Shown here: positions 1 to 9,495 of the stretch, piece by piece | Layout: each line of letters opens with the position of its first letter | Numbering within the stretch: the stretch's first letter is position 1 | Assembly: GCA_947593925.1 (NCBI GenBank) | Contig: CANQDU010000005.1 | Span: forward strand, 48,571 to 112,570 | DNA from: an uncultured Clostridia bacterium | GTDB lineage: Bacteria > Bacillota > Clostridia > Oscillospirales > JAAYOS01 | Length of the DNA: 64,000 nt | Direction of reading: 5' to 3' | The notes under the pieces: generated by a model | The model's input: only the letters and a program-made list of their open reading frames with translations | What the model was told of the DNA's origin: nothing | Databases searched by the model: none | Position numbers and translations under genes: made by a program

Positions 1-897
1 TTCTTTGTTCTCGCGGCGGGCGCGATATACTACTTCAGCTACATCCCCTTCGCCGCCGGAAACGGTCGGGAGATGAGCTTTGCCACCGTCTGGAACAACC
101 AGGTCTCGATGTGGAACTACCACTCCGGCCTCGAGGCGACGCACACCTACCAGTCGAGCTGGTGGCAGTGGATGCTCGACGGACGGCCCATCCTCTACTA
201 CCGCTCAAGCGAGTACGCCGCGGACGGCTCAATCTCCGCCGCGCGGAGCTTTGCGTCCTTCAACACGCCGCTCATCAGCTGGGCGGGTCTCGCGGCGCTC
301 ATTACGCTCGTCGCGGCGCTCTATCGCGGCGCGGACCGCCGCGTGCGCTTTGCCGGCGTGCTCTGCGCGGTGCTCGCGGCGGCGGGCTTTACGGGGCAGG
401 TCGTCGCCTTTATCGCGAGCGGTTTCGAGCAGTTCACCGACCGTCTCTGCTCCTTCATCTTTGCGGGAGCGGTAGTCGCGGCGGTCGCGCTGCCCTTCCT
501 CAGCCGGACGCGCGCGGAGACCCGTCCGCGCGACCTCTTCATCGTCGTCGGGACGCTCGCGCAGCTGCTTCCGTGGATACCGGTGACTCGCTGCACCTTC
601 GCCTACCACTACTTCCCGACGAGCTTCTTCCTCACGCTCGCGCTCTGCGCGGTCTTCGACCGCTGGGACGAGGCTTCGTCCGTCCGCGCGGCGGACGCGC
701 CGCCCTGCGGTGCCGCCGTCGTCTCCGGCGTTCGCGGGAAGTGGCTCGCCTTGAGCGAGGGACGCCGCGCCGCCGTGCTCTTCACCGCCGCCGTGCTTCT
801 GCTCTTTGCGCTGTTCTACCCCTACCTCTCGGGTGTCACCGCGCCGATGTGGTACTACAAGGCATTCATCGGGTGGTTCCCGAGCTGGCCGATATGA
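1..897 (+). CDS. PMT/GT39-like phospholipid-carrier-dependent glycosyltransferase, C-terminal part (5' end upstream of window)
   Basis: Frame 1 is open from nt 1 (FFVLAAGAIYYFSYIPF..) into track ORF 73..897. Polytopic hydrophobic protein. HTYQSSWWQWMLDGRPILYY resembles the C-terminal 4-TM module of GT39/PMT enzymes. Confidence 0.6.
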   Translation, partial: FFVLAAGAIYYFSYIPFAAGNGREMSFATVWNNQVSMWNYHSGLEATHTYQSSWWQWMLDGRPILYYRSSEYAADGSISAARSFASFNTPLISWAGLAALITLVAALYRGADRRVRFAGVLCAVLAAAGFTGQVVAFIASGFEQFTDRLCSFIFAGAVVAAVALPFLSRTRAETRPRDLFIVVGTLAQLLPWIPVTRCTFAYHYFPTSFFLTLALCAVFDRWDEASSVRAADAPPCGAAVVSGVRGKWLALSEGRRAAVLFTAAVLLLFALFYPYLSGVTAPMWYYKAFIGWFPSWPI

Positions 898-921
898 CAC
901 ATATAAAGAAAGGGCTTTGAT

Positions 922-1803
922 ATGCGGCTTGTCGATACTCACACCCACACGTTCCCGTTCTCCCCGGACGCCGAAGCGTCGCTCGAGGAGCACGCGGCCG
1001 CCGCAGAGCGGCTTGGTCTCGGCGGCTTCATCCTCACCGACCACTGCGACATGGTCCCGTGGCAGGACGTCGGCTGTGCGCCGTACTGGGCGAACTTCGA
1101 CCGCGACCGGAGCTTCGACATACTCTGCAAGGTCCGCGAGCGGCACCCGAGGCTGTACATCGGCTTCGGCGCGGAGCTCGGCGAGTGGTACGCGGACGTC
1201 GAGCCGGACGAGGCAGTCCCGCCGAAGTGCGGCGCGGACGGGCGTCCGCTCCCTCCGCACGCGCCGGTGCGCTCGGACGCGATAGCGTCCGACCCGCGCC
1301 TCGACTTTCTCCTCGGCAGTATGCACACCGTCCTGCGCGAGGACTTCTCCCGCATGACATTTACAAGCGAGGAGCAGTGCGCGGAGCTGCTGCGCCTGTA
1401 CGCGGAACGGCTCGTTTCGCACTGCGAAAGCAGTCCCATGGACGCGCTCGCGCACCTCACGTATCCGCTCCGCTACATGCGGCGCGCGGGCTTCCGCGCG
1501 GAGCTCACGCGCGAGCGGGACACCGTCGCGGAGGCGCTCCGCGCCCTCGTGCGGCGCGGGAAGGCGCTCGAGGTGAACACGAGCGGTCTGCGTCAGGGCC
1601 ACGGCGAGACGCTTCCCGGGAAATACTGGCTCGAGCTCTGGCGCGACCTCGGCGGCGAGCTCGTGACCCTCGGCTCGGACGCGCACTATTCGCGCGACCT
1701 CGCGGCGGACTTCGCCGCGGCGGCGGAGCTGCTCCGCGCGTGCGGGTTCCGCTATGCGTTCTACTACCGCGAGCGGCGTCCGGTCGCCGTCCCGTTCGGC
1801 TGA
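922..1803 (+). CDS. PHP-domain phosphoesterase, histidinol-phosphatase (HisJ) family
   Basis: 293 aa. N-terminal metal motif MRLVDTHTHT, later GSMH and LGSDAH motifs typical of PHP/HisJ enzymes. Purine-rich aaagaaaggg lies 8 nt before the ATG. Confidence 0.7.
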   Translation: MRLVDTHTHTFPFSPDAEASLEEHAAAAERLGLGGFILTDHCDMVPWQDVGCAPYWANFDRDRSFDILCKVRERHPRLYIGFGAELGEWYADVEPDEAVPPKCGADGRPLPPHAPVRSDAIASDPRLDFLLGSMHTVLREDFSRMTFTSEEQCAELLRLYAERLVSHCESSPMDALAHLTYPLRYMRRAGFRAELTRERDTVAEALRALVRRGKALEVNTSGLRQGHGETLPGKYWLELWRDLGGELVTLGSDAHYSRDLAADFAAAAELLRACGFRYAFYYRERRPVAVPFG

Positions 1804-1961
1804 CGGGTCCAAAACCCGCCTGCCGCGGGCAAAATACGCGCAGCGGCGCTTGACCGCGGTCGGAATAAGTGGTAAACTGTGGATGGAAACCGGCGCGCCC
1901 GCTCCGTCGCGGCGCGCGGAGGCTGTCCGACAGCCTCGGAAATACGGAGGGGTCATATAAT

Positions 1962-2405
1962 ATGAAGATCGCCATCGCCTGTGACCACGGAGCGCTCGAG
2001 CTCAAGGAATATCTCAAGACCCTGCTCACGGAGCTCGGCCACGAGGTAAAGGACTTCGGCACACACACTCTCGAGCGCTGCAACTATCCCGAGATAATAA
2101 CGCCCGCCGTGCGAGCAGTGGCCGCCGGCGAGTACGAGCGCGGAATAGTCATGTGTACGACCGGCATCGGCGTCAGCATCGCCGCGAACAAGATACGCGG
2201 CATCCGCTGTGCGCTCTGCACCGGCGTCTGGCAGGCGGAGATGACCCGCCGCCACAACGACTCGAACGTCCTCGCCCTCGGCGCGGGTATTACCGGGCCG
2301 AACCTCGCGGCCGAGATAGTGAAGACGTGGCTCTCCACCGGCTTTGACGGCGGACGTCACGCCACGCGCGTCGGAATGCTCACCGAGCTCGACGAGGAGC
2401 GTTAG
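1962..2405 (+). CDS. rpiB: Ribose-5-phosphate isomerase B
   Basis: 147 aa: MKIAIACDHG.., CTTGIGVSIAANK, RRHNDSNVLALG are RpiB/LacAB hallmarks. ATG 1962 is preceded by ggagg (1946-1950); the longer track start at 1869 is rejected. Confidence 0.9.
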   Translation: MKIAIACDHGALELKEYLKTLLTELGHEVKDFGTHTLERCNYPEIITPAVRAVAAGEYERGIVMCTTGIGVSIAANKIRGIRCALCTGVWQAEMTRRHNDSNVLALGAGITGPNLAAEIVKTWLSTGFDGGRHATRVGMLTELDEER

Positions 2406-2458
2406 CTCCCGGCGCGGACAATGCGCGCATCGGCGCGCTCCGCGGTTTTTGATTTGCC

Positions 2459-2496
2459 GAGAGGGCGGGAACCCTGTTCCCGCCCTCTCTTTGTGT
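2459..2496 (+). terminator. Intrinsic terminator after rpiB
   Basis: 14-bp GC-rich stem GAGAGGGCGGGAAC / GTTCCCGCCCTCTC, 3-nt loop, followed by TTTGTGT. Confidence 0.75.
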
Positions 2497-2519
2497 CGTT
2501 ATCGCTTCGGTTTGCTTAT

Positions 2520-5500
2520 TTACTTCACGATATTCTCGCAGAAGCGCATGAGTATCGTCGCTATCTGCGCGCGGATTGCTCCGCCGGACGGTGAGAGTGT
2601 CGTCGCGGTAGTGCCGCCGATGAGCTCTGTGCCAACGGCCCAGCTCATCGGGGCGGTCGCGTAGCTCTGGACGCTCGCGGCGTCGGTGTAGCCGGCGAGG
2701 CTTGCGGTAGTCGTGACGTCGTACTTCTTGTACGTGGCGTAGCGGTACAGGATGGTCGCGGCTTCCTCACGGGTGAGGTCGCGGTCGGGGCGGAAGGTTC
2801 CGTCGCCGTAGCCGCCGACTATCTCATTCGCCGCCGCCCAGTTGATTGCGTCGCTGTACCACTCGCCCGCCGCAACATCGCTGAACGGTATATTCTTCGT
2901 CACGGCGGGCTCGCCGTCGAGACGGTAGAGGATAGTCACGAGCATCGCGCGGTTGGTCTGGTCGTTCGGCGCAAAGTCAGTCTCGCTCACGCCGTTCATG
3001 AGCCCGTTCTTCACGACGTAGTTGATGGCGTCAACATACCACGCGGTCTGGTCGACGTCATAGAACCTCGTGGACGGCGCGGGACGGAACGACGGATAGG
3101 TCGGAGTGGTGGACGGCTCGGCCGGCTGCTCCTCGGAAGGCAGAGTGCCGCGCGTGATGTTGATGGTGTAGGTCTGTCCGTTGTATTCGATCTCCACCGT
3201 GTTCACGCTGTTGTTGACAAGGTCGATCCGATAAGAAATAGCAGAACCGGCTCCTGTATTTGCCACTTCCTCGCCGCCCAAAGTCACGGTCAAGCCCCCT
3301 GTGCCGGCCGAAGTAGTAGTCTCCGGGATGAGGTTGAGGCTCTCCACGTCGCTCCCTACGCTGATGTTATAGGTCGAAGTTGCGGGTGTGAAGTTTTCAA
3401 GGCTAGTGATCTCTCCGCTGTTGTCGATCTGAATGTTCTTGATGCATTTAATCGCCTCAAAGAGGAAGGGAGAGTAGCCCTCATGGTTATTGATGTAGGT
3501 CACGGTGCCGTCACTCTGGATTTGCAGATACTGCGGGTCAAGCGGTACTTCATTGTGGGTGTGCGTGACCTTGATCCAGTCGCCTGCTTTGCCCATAAAA
3601 TCAGGCATGGGCACCACAATGTAGGTGGGCTTGGTGCTCTCATAATTCACCCAGCCGTTATCATGGCTGTCGGTCGGCCTGATTATGGCGGAGTTCTGTC
3701 CTTCAGAGCTTCCGCCTTCGGTCTTGATGGCGTCCGGGTCGGCCTGATTGGAGGCCACCACGCGGTACTGGAAGTCAATATTAAGCTCGATCTTTCGTTT
3801 ACCGATTTCTTCGTTGTTTTTGGCTTCCGTGACGCTGATTTTAGTCTGGGTCTGAATGTGGCGGTAGACGTTGGCTTGATCGGTAACGCCCGCAGTTGTA
3901 AGGGCTTCTTGCAGCTTAACCACGCTATATTGACCGGCTCCATCCGCAGTCACATGACCGAGCATTTCGCTCACGGCATCGTCGTCCATCACTACGTTTA
4001 CTTTGTTGACATCAGTATACACGGTATTATTCTCATCCGCGACTGTCTTGGGGGCGTCGATAACGGTGTTGCCGCTGTCGTTCTTGATAACGAACACGGC
4101 GCTGACGTAGACAGGGGAGGTGTCAGGCAGAGTGAAAGTAAATGTTGTGCCACTGCCGTTGACACCTTCTACCGGGGTATTGGTGCCATAGTAGACGGAC
4201 GGCTTATCACCGGCCAACGAGTTGCCGGTATTGGGTGTGACGGTGACGGTCACAGCAGCGCCGTGCTTGACGGAGTAGACGTTGTCAAGAATCTTCGTCA
4301 CACCCTCGCCGCTGAGCGTCACGGTGCCGCCCAAGGTGGGTTCAACATAGACGATGCCGTTGACGGTGACTTTGACACTGGCGATTTTGTTCGGGTCATA
4401 GACAGACGTGCAGGTGACGGTGGCTTCACCCGGCTTGAGGCCGGTGATCACGCCGTTTTCCACGCTGACAATATCTTTACCCGCTTCATCTACCGACCAA
4501 GTGACCTCTTTATTGGCGGTGTCCGGGGTGATCGTGGGTGTGACCGTGGCCGTCTCGTTGACGTTGACGGTGACCTCCGGCTTGTCCAGTTTCAGGCTGT
4601 CTACTTTTTCAGAGGCGGTGGCGGTCAACGTGTTGGAGGTCAGCTCAAAATTTTTGAGCTTGGTCTGCACGTCCTTGGCGGCCTGGAGCATATCCGTCAG
4701 GGTCATGCTCTTACCGTACTTTTCATACCACGCATCATCGGATGAAATCAGATAGCGGACGAACTCGTCGGCGGTGAAAGCGGCCTTACCTTCATCGGAA
4801 TTATCAGCTTTGTGAGCCTGCGTGAAGTCCATCTTGCCGGTGACGGTGACGGTGGTGCCGGTGATCGGGCCGGAATAGTCATCTACCACCTTGGTGGGGA
4901 TTTGGACGGTCATCTCGCTGGAACTGTATTTGTCCCAGTCAAGGTCGATGGTAAACTTCTGAGCGCCGTCGAGTTTGGCCTTGATGGTGTGCGTGTTGTC
5001 GCCCTCCTGCACATCGTCGTCCCCAAGAGGCTGGCCGCCCACCTCAACGCCGGTGATCTTCAAAGAGGCGTTGCTGACGGTGATGGTGGTAAAGTCATCC
5101 TCATCCGCCGCGGGAATAAGGTGATCGTCTAGCTTCACGTTGATCTTGACGTCGGCAAAGTTCTCGTTGTCCACTGACTTGAAATATTTACCTCCGCTGC
5201 TCCAAGGCATATCGGAGGAGCTGAACAGGTCGGAGAACTTCATGCTGACCTCATAGGTAAGAGCTCCCGTCGCGTCCGTGGTGACAGACTCAAACCCGAA
5301 CGCGCTGCCGGTGGTCTTCTGCTGGAGCTTCACGGGTACGCCGCCCACCTCGTTATAAACGCTGAGCAGGGGCACTTCGGGAATGGACCCGGCGGCGGTC
5401 TCGGTCAGGGTGATTTCCTTCCAGTCCGCCTTGAGGGTAGTGGCGGCGTCGACCTCATACGAGTCGTAGAGATCGGCTACCTTATTCCCTTGGCCGTTGA

Positions 5501-6422
5501 CTTTCCAGCCGTTGAACTCATAATACTTGCCGTTAGTTCCAACAGCTATAAAGCTCACAACCGGATAGAAAACCTGAGTCGTTTCAATCACCGCCAAATT
5601 GCGGTGCTGTGCCAGCTTGGGGAGGGAAACCGTGTTCCCCGCTATCGCTTTTACCACATATTTGTTACTTTCTAACTTTACGGCCTTTGCTTTGTCTTCG
5701 TCTTTGGGCACGTGTGTGCCTTGCCCGGTAGGTGCGTTATAAGTAAGATTAAACGGATCGTCGCTGTCGGATTTGATCAGGTTCAAATTATTCTCGCTCT
5801 GGGCCACTGTAAAGTATCCCAGGGAGTAGGGAGCTACGCCGCTGCCCTGACTGTCCTCCCCTTTGAATTTTGCAAATACAGGATAAACTGTTGTACCCGC
5901 AGGGCCGGAGAAGTCATAGGTAACATTAAAGGCTTCGGCTTTTTCCCAAATGAACGCGATATTTAATTCGCCGCCAAAGAAGCTGGTAATATCACTCTCC
6001 GATATAGTAAGCTCTTTAGTAGCTGAACCGTCAAATTTAGTAATTGCATCACTTGTCGGTTTGCCATCACCTTCTTTTAACCCCGCCATTTCAAAGTATT
6101 TGCCTTGGTAGATCACGCCACTGCAAACGTAAACTTCAGATTGATAAGTGACACTTCCGGGTTTTGTGACGGTTACCTGGTGGGATTCTGATGCAAGTTT
6201 AGAGACATCCACGAATTTTTCCGAATTCCCAACCTTTGACGGAAAGTCTCCAGCCAACCTATCAGTTTGTATATACATAAAACCTTCTGTTTCATCATAG
6301 CTATAATCAAGTGCAGTAATTTCGATACTGTTAAAGTCAACGGCTTCCGCCAACGCCGCCGTCGGTACGAGCGTCATTATCATGCAAACCGCTAAAAAAA
6401 GAGCTAAAACTTTCCTCCTCAC
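2520..6422 (-). CDS. Large SLH-anchored cell-surface protein (Big_2 Ig-like domain, three C-terminal SLH repeats)
   Basis: 1300 aa. GTG 6422 with GAAAGGAG 10 nt upstream. Signal peptide MRRKVLALFLAVCMIMTLVPTAALA. Big_2-like VTWSVDEAGKDIVSVENGVITGLKPGEATVTCTS. C-terminal SLH repeats FYDVDQTAWYVDAINYV.., FSDVAAGEWYSDAINWA.., YTDAASVQSYATAPMSWA.. Confidence 0.9.
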   Translation of the reverse strand: MRRKVLALFLAVCMIMTLVPTAALAEAVDFNSIEITALDYSYDETEGFMYIQTDRLAGDFPSKVGNSEKFVDVSKLASESHQVTVTKPGSVTYQSEVYVCSGVIYQGKYFEMAGLKEGDGKPTSDAITKFDGSATKELTISESDITSFFGGELNIAFIWEKAEAFNVTYDFSGPAGTTVYPVFAKFKGEDSQGSGVAPYSLGYFTVAQSENNLNLIKSDSDDPFNLTYNAPTGQGTHVPKDEDKAKAVKLESNKYVVKAIAGNTVSLPKLAQHRNLAVIETTQVFYPVVSFIAVGTNGKYYEFNGWKVNGQGNKVADLYDSYEVDAATTLKADWKEITLTETAAGSIPEVPLLSVYNEVGGVPVKLQQKTTGSAFGFESVTTDATGALTYEVSMKFSDLFSSSDMPWSSGGKYFKSVDNENFADVKINVKLDDHLIPAADEDDFTTITVSNASLKITGVEVGGQPLGDDDVQEGDNTHTIKAKLDGAQKFTIDLDWDKYSSSEMTVQIPTKVVDDYSGPITGTTVTVTGKMDFTQAHKADNSDEGKAAFTADEFVRYLISSDDAWYEKYGKSMTLTDMLQAAKDVQTKLKNFELTSNTLTATASEKVDSLKLDKPEVTVNVNETATVTPTITPDTANKEVTWSVDEAGKDIVSVENGVITGLKPGEATVTCTSVYDPNKIASVKVTVNGIVYVEPTLGGTVTLSGEGVTKILDNVYSVKHGAAVTVTVTPNTGNSLAGDKPSVYYGTNTPVEGVNGSGTTFTFTLPDTSPVYVSAVFVIKNDSGNTVIDAPKTVADENNTVYTDVNKVNVVMDDDAVSEMLGHVTADGAGQYSVVKLQEALTTAGVTDQANVYRHIQTQTKISVTEAKNNEEIGKRKIELNIDFQYRVVASNQADPDAIKTEGGSSEGQNSAIIRPTDSHDNGWVNYESTKPTYIVVPMPDFMGKAGDWIKVTHTHNEVPLDPQYLQIQSDGTVTYINNHEGYSPFLFEAIKCIKNIQIDNSGEITSLENFTPATSTYNISVGSDVESLNLIPETTTSAGTGGLTVTLGGEEVANTGAGSAISYRIDLVNNSVNTVEIEYNGQTYTINITRGTLPSEEQPAEPSTTPTYPSFRPAPSTRFYDVDQTAWYVDAINYVVKNGLMNGVSETDFAPNDQTNRAMLVTILYRLDGEPAVTKNIPFSDVAAGEWYSDAINWAAANEIVGGYGDGTFRPDRDLTREEAATILYRYATYKKYDVTTTASLAGYTDAASVQSYATAPMSWAVGTELIGGTTATTLSPSGGAIRAQIATILMRFCENIVK

Positions 6423-6824
6423 AAAAATCGAACTCCTTTCATGCTTGAAAAGTATTCGGGGGTACGCCGAACCCGCCTCCCTGCCGCCGCCCGCCCGGAC
6501 GGAGACCCGCTGCGGCTGCGAGCCCCGCCCCGCGGGCAGACAATGAAAGGAGACGGAGAAACGAAAGTACCTCCTCCCGGCGCTTCGTTCTCACTCGAAA
6601 CGTCGGGAGCAGCCGCTTTCATGCGAAAAATTACCCGTTTGCGGAAAATCCTACTTTTTGGCAAATTGCGGGACGCTCGGCCGAGGGCAAAAATTCCCGA
6701 AAAATTTTATGAAAAACCTCTTGTATTTTCAATTTAATAGTGATAAAATTAGGCAAAACGACGTGAGCATTTAACCTGCCAAAAAGTAGAGGTTTTCGCA
6801 AATTTTCCCGCCCGAAAGATTACC

Positions 6825-6858
6825 AAACCCCGCCTGTCCTGCGACAGGCGGGGTTTTT
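6825..6858 (-). terminator. Bidirectional hairpin downstream of tag
   Basis: AAACCCCGCCTGTC ctgc GACAGGCGGGGTTT, with T-runs on both strands (TTTTTGCC on plus, TTTGGTAATCTTT on minus). Confidence 0.55.
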
Positions 6859-7073
6859 GCCGGCTTTGTCTGCCGAACGTCACTTTCCGCTCCGGAACGG
6901 GTCGAGCGGAGGTCTGTGCTCCGATTCTTGCGATTCGCAAAACGTGTCTGTCGCTCATCCGATCCGCCAAAGCCGGAGAGCGCTTTTCTGCTCACAAACA
7001 CAAAAAACGCACCCGATTTCACGGGAAAGCGGGGGCGTTCGGCTGCGGTTTGGTTATCGGCGGAGCGAGCGGT

Positions 7074-7682
7074 TCAGGCTTCACGGTCGCGGCGCTTGCG
7101 CACGGTGGGGTGGTTTTCGACTATCTCGCGGTAGCGAAAGCAGCGCTCCGAGTGGTCGTTTATTATCCCGCACGCCTGGAGGTGGGAGTAAACCGTAACC
7201 GAGCCGAGGAACTTGAAGCCGCGCCGCTTCAGCTCGCGGCTTATGTCGTCCGAGAGACCGTTGCGCGCGACCGGCGCGGCGTTCTCCTTTCCGTGGCCGA
7301 TGTAGCAGACGGTCTTCCCGCCGGTGAAGCTCCACAGCCAGTCGCTGAAAGTGCCGAACTCCCGGCGCACCTCGAGAAAGCGCCCGGCGTTGTTGATTAT
7401 CGCCTCTATCTTCCGGCGGGACCTTATCATCCCCTCCGCCGACATTATCCGCTCTATGTCGCGCTCGCCATAGCGCGCTATCTTCTCGAAGTCGAAGCCG
7501 TCGAAGCACTCGCGGAATATCTCGCGCTTCTTTATCATCATCGTCCAGTTCAGCCCGCACTGCATTACCTCAAGGGAGAGGAACTCGAACTGCGCGCGGT
7601 CGTCGTGGAGCGGCGTTCCCCACTCCTCGTCGTGGTACTTTTCCATCTTGTCGTAGCCGAGGCACCATCCGCAGCGATCCAT
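7074..7682 (-). CDS. tag: DNA-3-methyladenine glycosylase I
   Basis: 202 aa from MDRCGWCLG. KYHDEEWGTP, LSLEVMQCGLNW, GSVTVYSHLQACGIINDH match the Tag family including the Zn-snap Cys/His residues. The upstream 38 codons of the track ORF are not needed. Confidence 0.9.
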   Translation of the reverse strand: MDRCGWCLGYDKMEKYHDEEWGTPLHDDRAQFEFLSLEVMQCGLNWTMMIKKREIFRECFDGFDFEKIARYGERDIERIMSAEGMIRSRRKIEAIINNAGRFLEVRREFGTFSDWLWSFTGGKTVCYIGHGKENAAPVARNGLSDDISRELKRRGFKFLGSVTVYSHLQACGIINDHSERCFRYREIVENHPTVRKRRDREA

Positions 7683-8114
7683 ACCGCACCCCTCCCGTGT
7701 GTCCGAACGGCGCGCAAGCGCCGCGCGGTGTTTTTTTGTCTGTGGGAAAACATCCCCGTATGAGTTGATTATATCCCGGACTCGGCGCGTTTGCAACAGT
7801 GAAATCCGGCTTTGAAGTATTCTGCTAGTCGTGCGGAAAGGCGCTCCGAGGGCCGCCGTATGCGCAAAGAGAGAGAATTTGGCGTTAATAAATTGTTAAC
7901 AGTCAGATAACACATTATCCAAATGTCGGAGCTAAAATAATAACCGAAAAAAGAGAGAAGGTGGTTCCGATGGGCACACAGCAAAAGGCGGCAGACACGT
8001 CAGGACGCGAGGTCCTGCGGGCCGCCGACACCGATTCCCGATCTACCCCATCGGCATAAGAAACAGAAGGGCAGACATAATAACTACAAAATGAATTTCC
8101 GGGAGGCATTTATT

Positions 8115-8573
8115 ATGTTTGAACTCAGACCGTACCGCAGACACAACAATGAGATAGCTTACAACCCGTTCCGCGAGATGGAAGACCTTGAGAGAAGATT
8201 CTTCGAGGAGCCGTTTGCCGACTTCTTCCGCAGCGGCGACATTGCGGAATTCAAGACCGACATCACCGACGAGGGCGACAGCTACGTCCTCGAGGCGGAC
8301 CTGCCCGGCTTTGACAAGAAGGACATTCACCTCGACATTAGCGACGGCACGCTCACCATCAACGCCGAACGCCACTCGGAGCATGAGCAGAAGGACAAGA
8401 AGCAGAAGTACGTCCGTGTGGAGCGTTCCTACGGAAAGTACAGCCGCCGGTTTGACGTCTCCGCCATCGACACTGAAAAGATAAAGGCAAAGTATGACAA
8501 CGGCGTCCTGCGCCTGACCCTGCCGAAGAAGCAGGTCGAGCTCCCCGAGGCAAAGCACCTCGAGATAGAGTGA
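8115..8573 (+). CDS. hsp20: Hsp20/alpha-crystallin small heat-shock protein
   Basis: 152 aa: DITDEGDSYVLEADLPGFDKKDIHLDISDGTLTINAE...YDNGVLRLTLPK is the alpha-crystallin domain. ATG 8115 is 8 nt after gggagg (8101-8106). Confidence 0.9.
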   Translation: MFELRPYRRHNNEIAYNPFREMEDLERRFFEEPFADFFRSGDIAEFKTDITDEGDSYVLEADLPGFDKKDIHLDISDGTLTINAERHSEHEQKDKKQKYVRVERSYGKYSRRFDVSAIDTEKIKAKYDNGVLRLTLPKKQVELPEAKHLEIE

Positions 8574-8657
8574 GCATTGAGTCTCACGGTTGCAAAACGG
8601 TAAAAATTAGGACGGTGCAAAAGCACCTTCCCTTTTTTATACTCCGAAGTATGCGCG

Positions 8658-9431
8658 TCAGTTCTGCCGGTTTGCGCGGATTATCTCGCTGAGCGTGATA
8701 TTGGGGTTTCTGTAACGCGCGTTCGGATTAGGCTCCTTGACCGTCGCGAACTGCAAAGCCTTTGTCGGACAGGCCTGTATGCAGGCCATGCAGTTGACGC
8801 AGTTCGTGTAGTCATGGACGGGCTTTCCGTCCTCGAGATGCACACAGCCCATGGGGCAGACTCTCGTGCAGGTTCCGCAGCCTATGCAAGCGTCGGTCAC
8901 GCGGTACAGCGGGAACGAATACATAGGTCCGTGCTCTTTGACCATGTGTGTATACCCCATGTAAAAATCGGTCTCATCCTTGGGTGCGGGCTGTATGAAG
9001 CTCTTTTCTGCGTCAATATCGGCTTTGATCTGTGCGATGTGCTCGTCTACCTTCTTTTCGGGGTCGATGCTCCGCTGCTGATCCATGTCGAATACGATGA
9101 TCGCGTTGTCAAACATTATTATCGTATTTATGTAGTTTGTGTCCCTGCCGATGCTTTTCAGGAAATCTCTCGTCCGCTCGGCTACGCCGCCGTGATGACA
9201 CCCGTATGTGATGACTACATAAAAGTAATCCGTTTCAAATTCCGACTCGCGGATAAAACGCTTCACGAGCTCCGGCATCTCAAACTCAAAGAGAGGGCAG
9301 ACAATACCTATCTTGTCCGCTTTATAATGCCGGTTCGCTTTGTTCAGCTCCTGCGGAATGCTAACAAGCTCGTCGTCCAAATGCTTTGCGACATAAAGGC
9401 TGTTGCCGGTCGAAGTAAAATAGAAAATCAT
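8658..9431 (-). CDS. EFR1-family ferredoxin (flavodoxin-like N-domain plus 2x[4Fe-4S] motif)
   Basis: MIFYFTSTGNSLYVAK N-terminus and CIGCGTCTRVCP ... CVNCMACIQACP cluster motifs. Confidence 0.8.
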   Translation of the reverse strand: MIFYFTSTGNSLYVAKHLDDELVSIPQELNKANRHYKADKIGIVCPLFEFEMPELVKRFIRESEFETDYFYVVITYGCHHGGVAERTRDFLKSIGRDTNYINTIIMFDNAIIVFDMDQQRSIDPEKKVDEHIAQIKADIDAEKSFIQPAPKDETDFYMGYTHMVKEHGPMYSFPLYRVTDACIGCGTCTRVCPMGCVHLEDGKPVHDYTNCVNCMACIQACPTKALQFATVKEPNPNARYRNPNITLSEIIRANRQN

Positions 9432-9495
9432 CGTTCACGTTCTCCTTCGCTAAAGTATCTTGTGGATGATGTGACTCGGGGCCGTCCGTCTCCGC

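Noticed and set aside
229-1956. 575-aa minus-strand ORF; similar long antisense ORFs at 21755..23545, 23570..25051, 37514..39085, 43936..45981, 59159..61348 and 61980..63722
   Set aside because: All overlap well-supported genes on the opposite strand (PHP phosphatase, carboxypeptidase, PepSY, gdpP, ftsH, RCC1/XRE, DUF4340). They are R/A/G/P/V-rich with no motifs, so they are high-GC antisense artefacts.
7797-8114. Looked for CIRCE (TTAGCACTC-N9-GAGTGCTAA) or CtsR boxes upstream of hsp20; also noted a 29-codon ORF (7970-8059) with an SD-like agaaggtgg
   Set aside because: There is no match to either operator consensus. Only a weak 5-bp inverted repeat is present (GTTAA-N7-TTAAC near 7885-7901). 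The mini-ORF has no detectable support beyond an SD-like sequence, so it is not called.
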